From NCBI GenBank assembly GCA_964016885.1, contig OZ024763.1, forward strand, positions 1,178,001 to 1,242,000: DNA of 64,000 nt, given 5' to 3'. The notes beneath the pieces are model-generated. The model worked only from the letters and a program-made list of their open reading frames with translations. It searched no databases and was not told where the DNA came from. Positions 1 through 64,000 of this stretch are shown here, in pieces; the stretch's first letter is position 1, and each line of letters begins with the position of its first letter. Origin of the DNA: Eledone cirrhosa. Taxonomy: Eukaryota. A program made the translations under genes and the position numbers.

Positions 1-689
1 AGGATCGTGTACAAACGTTATGTTCCTAGGGTGAGGGGGAGTGGAGTGTGGTAATATATAGATGGTAGGGTCGTGTACAAGGGTTATGTTCCTAGGATGA
101 GGTGGAATGGAGTGGAAGAGAGTAGAGTGTAGTAATATATAGATGGTGGGGTCACGTAGAAGTGTTGTTATGTTCCTAGGGTCAGGTGAAGTGGAGTGGA
201 GCTATGTCTCAGGTGTGAGGTGGAGAGGAGTTTCGAAACAGCTCCACTCCACTTCACCCTCAAAATATAGCTTAACTCCACTCCAACGGACCCTCAAAAC
301 ACAGCTGCGCTGCACTCCATCCTCAAAATATAACTTCACTCCACACCTCCCTCAATACATAGCTCTACTCCACTCTACCAGACCCTGAAAACAGCTCTAC
401 TCCACTCAAGTCTATCTCACCCCCAAAATATAGCTCCACTCAACCTCTTTTGAGGACCCTGCCCTACGACCCTCTCAGATAAAATAAAATGTTCATTTCT
501 TGCTTGTAAAATGTAGCCTACAAAATGTTTAAATAGAATATAAAAATTATTTAAAAATAAAGGAAACCCCTAAAAATATGAAAAAAATTTATAAAATAAT
601 TAAAAAACAAAAAATAACAAACAATGAAAACCCTCTAAAAATAAATAAAATAATTTGAAAAACAAAAAAAAACAGAACGTAAGTTTCAG

Positions 690-733
690 CGGAAGTGACG
701 TCAGGTTATTTTCACATACAACATTAACTTCCG
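690..733 (+). promoter_or_regulatory. Candidate XRN1 promoter: overlapping ETS-CRE motif CGGAAGTGACGTCA (690-703) plus reverse ETS site ACTTCCG (727-733)
   Basis: Exact motif match in a locally CpG-containing patch about 2.2 kb upstream of the XRN1 ATG. ETS-CRE composites are typical of housekeeping promoters. The TSS is not determined. Confidence 0.5.
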
Positions 734-2214
734 CCGAGATTTCCCCCACCGTCGCCATCACCATCACAATTCCCTCACCCCCACCCCTTCATCACTTTCG
801 CTACCACTCCCCCTCTTATTATTCACTTTCACTTCTCTCACCGTCACCATCATCATCTTTATAAGTGCCTCTTCCTCCTCCACCACCATCATCTTCATCA
901 CATCCGCTTCACCCATCACCACCACCACCATCATCTTTATAAGTTCCTCCGCCACCTCCACCATCTTCATCACTTCCGCTTCCACCGCCTCCACTACTAC
1001 TATCTCCTCTGTTGACAACGACGAAGAAGAAGAAAGAAAAAAGAGAGAGGAAAGACAAGAAGAAAGACGAGAGAAATAAGACCCAAAAAATACAAACTTT
1101 TTAACGTATTCTTAATGTCGTCGTTCGTATTGTGTATATATTATTGTAAATATTAATCCATCTGCTACAATGGTGAAGGTTTATTGCTCTAGTAATGTCA
1201 CCCTATGGTGTAATATCTCTTATAATATAATTACTTCTTCTCTGTTTCATATTGAAACCAGCTGATCAACCATGTCTTCTCACTCTTTCTACCAATTTTA
1301 CACTTTTAACATTAATTCTCTCTTAATATTATTACTATTACATTATTGTTTTCATTATTACTATAGTTTTATATCCCTAGATTTATTATATAATTAATAT
1401 TGCTATTATATTTACTATTATTATAGTTATATATATATATATAATTAATATTGGTTTTATATTTACTATTATTATTATTATAGTTATATAATTAATATTG
1501 CTTTTATATTTACTATTATTATTATATATATATAATTAATATTGCTATTATATTTACTATTATTACTATAATTTTATATTCCTAGCTTTATAAATATAAT
1601 ATTTCTACTGCTATAATTACTATTTTCATTATCACTAATTTTATATCCTTTAATTTATTATACAATTATTACTATTATTATATTTAAAATTATTACTATA
1701 GTTTTATATATCTAGATTTATTATGTAATTATTACCACTATTATATTTACTATTATTACTATAGTTTCATATTCCTAAGTTTATTATTATTAATATTACT
1801 ACTATAATTATATTATATTATAGTTTTTATTATAAAGCTATTACTATCATTTGTATTATCATTATAGTTTAATATTCCTAAATGTATTACTATTACTCTA
1901 ATTACTATATTATATAATAACTATTATAATTGCTATTATGAAAGCACAGTTTGAATATTAATTAATTTTTTTGTACAATCCTGGGGCTTGGTGAGGGTAC
2001 TATTACTGTTATTACTAGTATAAGAAATCATTATTACTATTATATTATTAATTGATACTATAATCATAATTCTAATTAGCTGTGTTGTTATTTACCGTTT
2101 AACGAGAACAACCGACAACAACCTTATATGTGGGGTTGGTATTATTTTAATGGAGAGAGACAGGAAGAAAGCTGTGAGACAACCAAATAAGTTATAGGCG
2201 GTAAACACCTTATC

Positions 2215-2246
<32 letters not shown>

Positions 2247-2418
2247 CATACACACATAGATATATATACACACCTCTCTTTATATATCTATCTCTCTCTA
2301 TATATATATTACATATACACACCTCTCTTTATACCACTATCTATATATTACATACACACGTATCTATATATATACACACCTATTTATATCTCTCTCTCAC
2401 TATATATATTACAAACAT

Positions 2419-2459
<41 letters not shown>

Positions 2460-2860
2460 TATCTTTGTATCTCTCTCTCTATATATATAAATACACACAC
2501 TCATATATATATATATATATATATACATACAAAAAAACTATCTCTCTCTATATATATACACACACATACATGTATGTATATATAAGCACGTACATATATA
2601 GATAGATAAATTATATATATATGTGTATATATATGGTCTTTGAACTCGCTGAATATAATCTATAACAACATCGACACATCACAATCCTTATATATATATA
2701 ATTATAAATTGCTTTGCAGTTTATTATTGAAAACATAATAAAAGGAATCGGAGAGAGAAAACAGACAGTATATATATATATATATTATATATATATAGGA
2801 CAACATACCATATATATATATATAAAAAAGAGACAGTATATATATATAGGACAACATACG

Positions 2861-2898
<38 letters not shown>

Positions 2899-2922
2899 TA
2901 CAAGTTAACCAACAGTCTAAAG

Positions 2923-63577
<60,655 letters not shown>

Positions 63578-64000
63578 GTGAGATATGTGATCATGAACAA
63601 TATATTCCTACTTTTTCATCATCATCCTCATCCATCCATCCATCCTTTCACACCAGTATGGGTTAGACAGGTCATCACACACCAAGTCAGTACTTCCTTA
63701 TATGGAGCCACTTACATACTTTACAGAGTGTACTGGGTACATTTTATTGTGCATCCACCTTAACCCTTTAATGTTCAAACCGGCCAGAATTCTCTACCTC
63801 TTTCTGTTGAAACTGGCTGTAACTGGCCACTCAAACTGATGTTAAGGTATTGTTCTCAAAATAAATACTTTCAAAATCTTATAGATTCGATATTATGTGA
63901 GATAAAGCATTTACCATGAAAATATAGTATATATAGAGTAATGTGAATGCTAAAGGGTTAAAGGGATTTTATTCAATCGTATCAACCCTAATACATAATA

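Noticed and set aside
764-1018. 84-aa - strand ORF as a divergent gene
   Set aside because: Low-complexity CAC/CAT-type repeat with no recognisable domain

Overview
Repeat-rich, AT-rich animal genomic DNA. The SINE, RTE and microsatellite landscape suggests a coleoid cephalopod such as Octopus, which is an inference. Almost the whole window is one + strand gene, XRN1 (5'-3' exoribonuclease 1). I traced 36 GT-AG coding exons by hand from ATG 2923 to 63577. They are phase-consistent and give about 4905 nt (1635 codons), with all catalytic acidic motifs intact. The gene continues past the window inside a dsRBD-like segment. The introns hold tRNA-derived SINEs, RTE, CR1 and R4-type LINE fragments, piggyBac, hAT and Tc-like MITEs, two Helitrons and many TE-derived minisatellites. 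The most striking signal is a set of type I hammerhead-ribozyme motifs of the Penelope/retrozyme kind. They sit in short (TA)n-flanked elements, often as long inverted repeats that put a ribozyme motif on both strands, at about 17.4-17.8k, 24.0-24.4k, 41.5k, 42.2k, 46.3k and 61.1-61.7k. Also notable are a 38-nt antisense copy of the exon 14 splice acceptor in the next intron and a candidate frame-preserving 24-nt microexon at 59391-59414. Most ORF-track entries are microsatellite artefacts.
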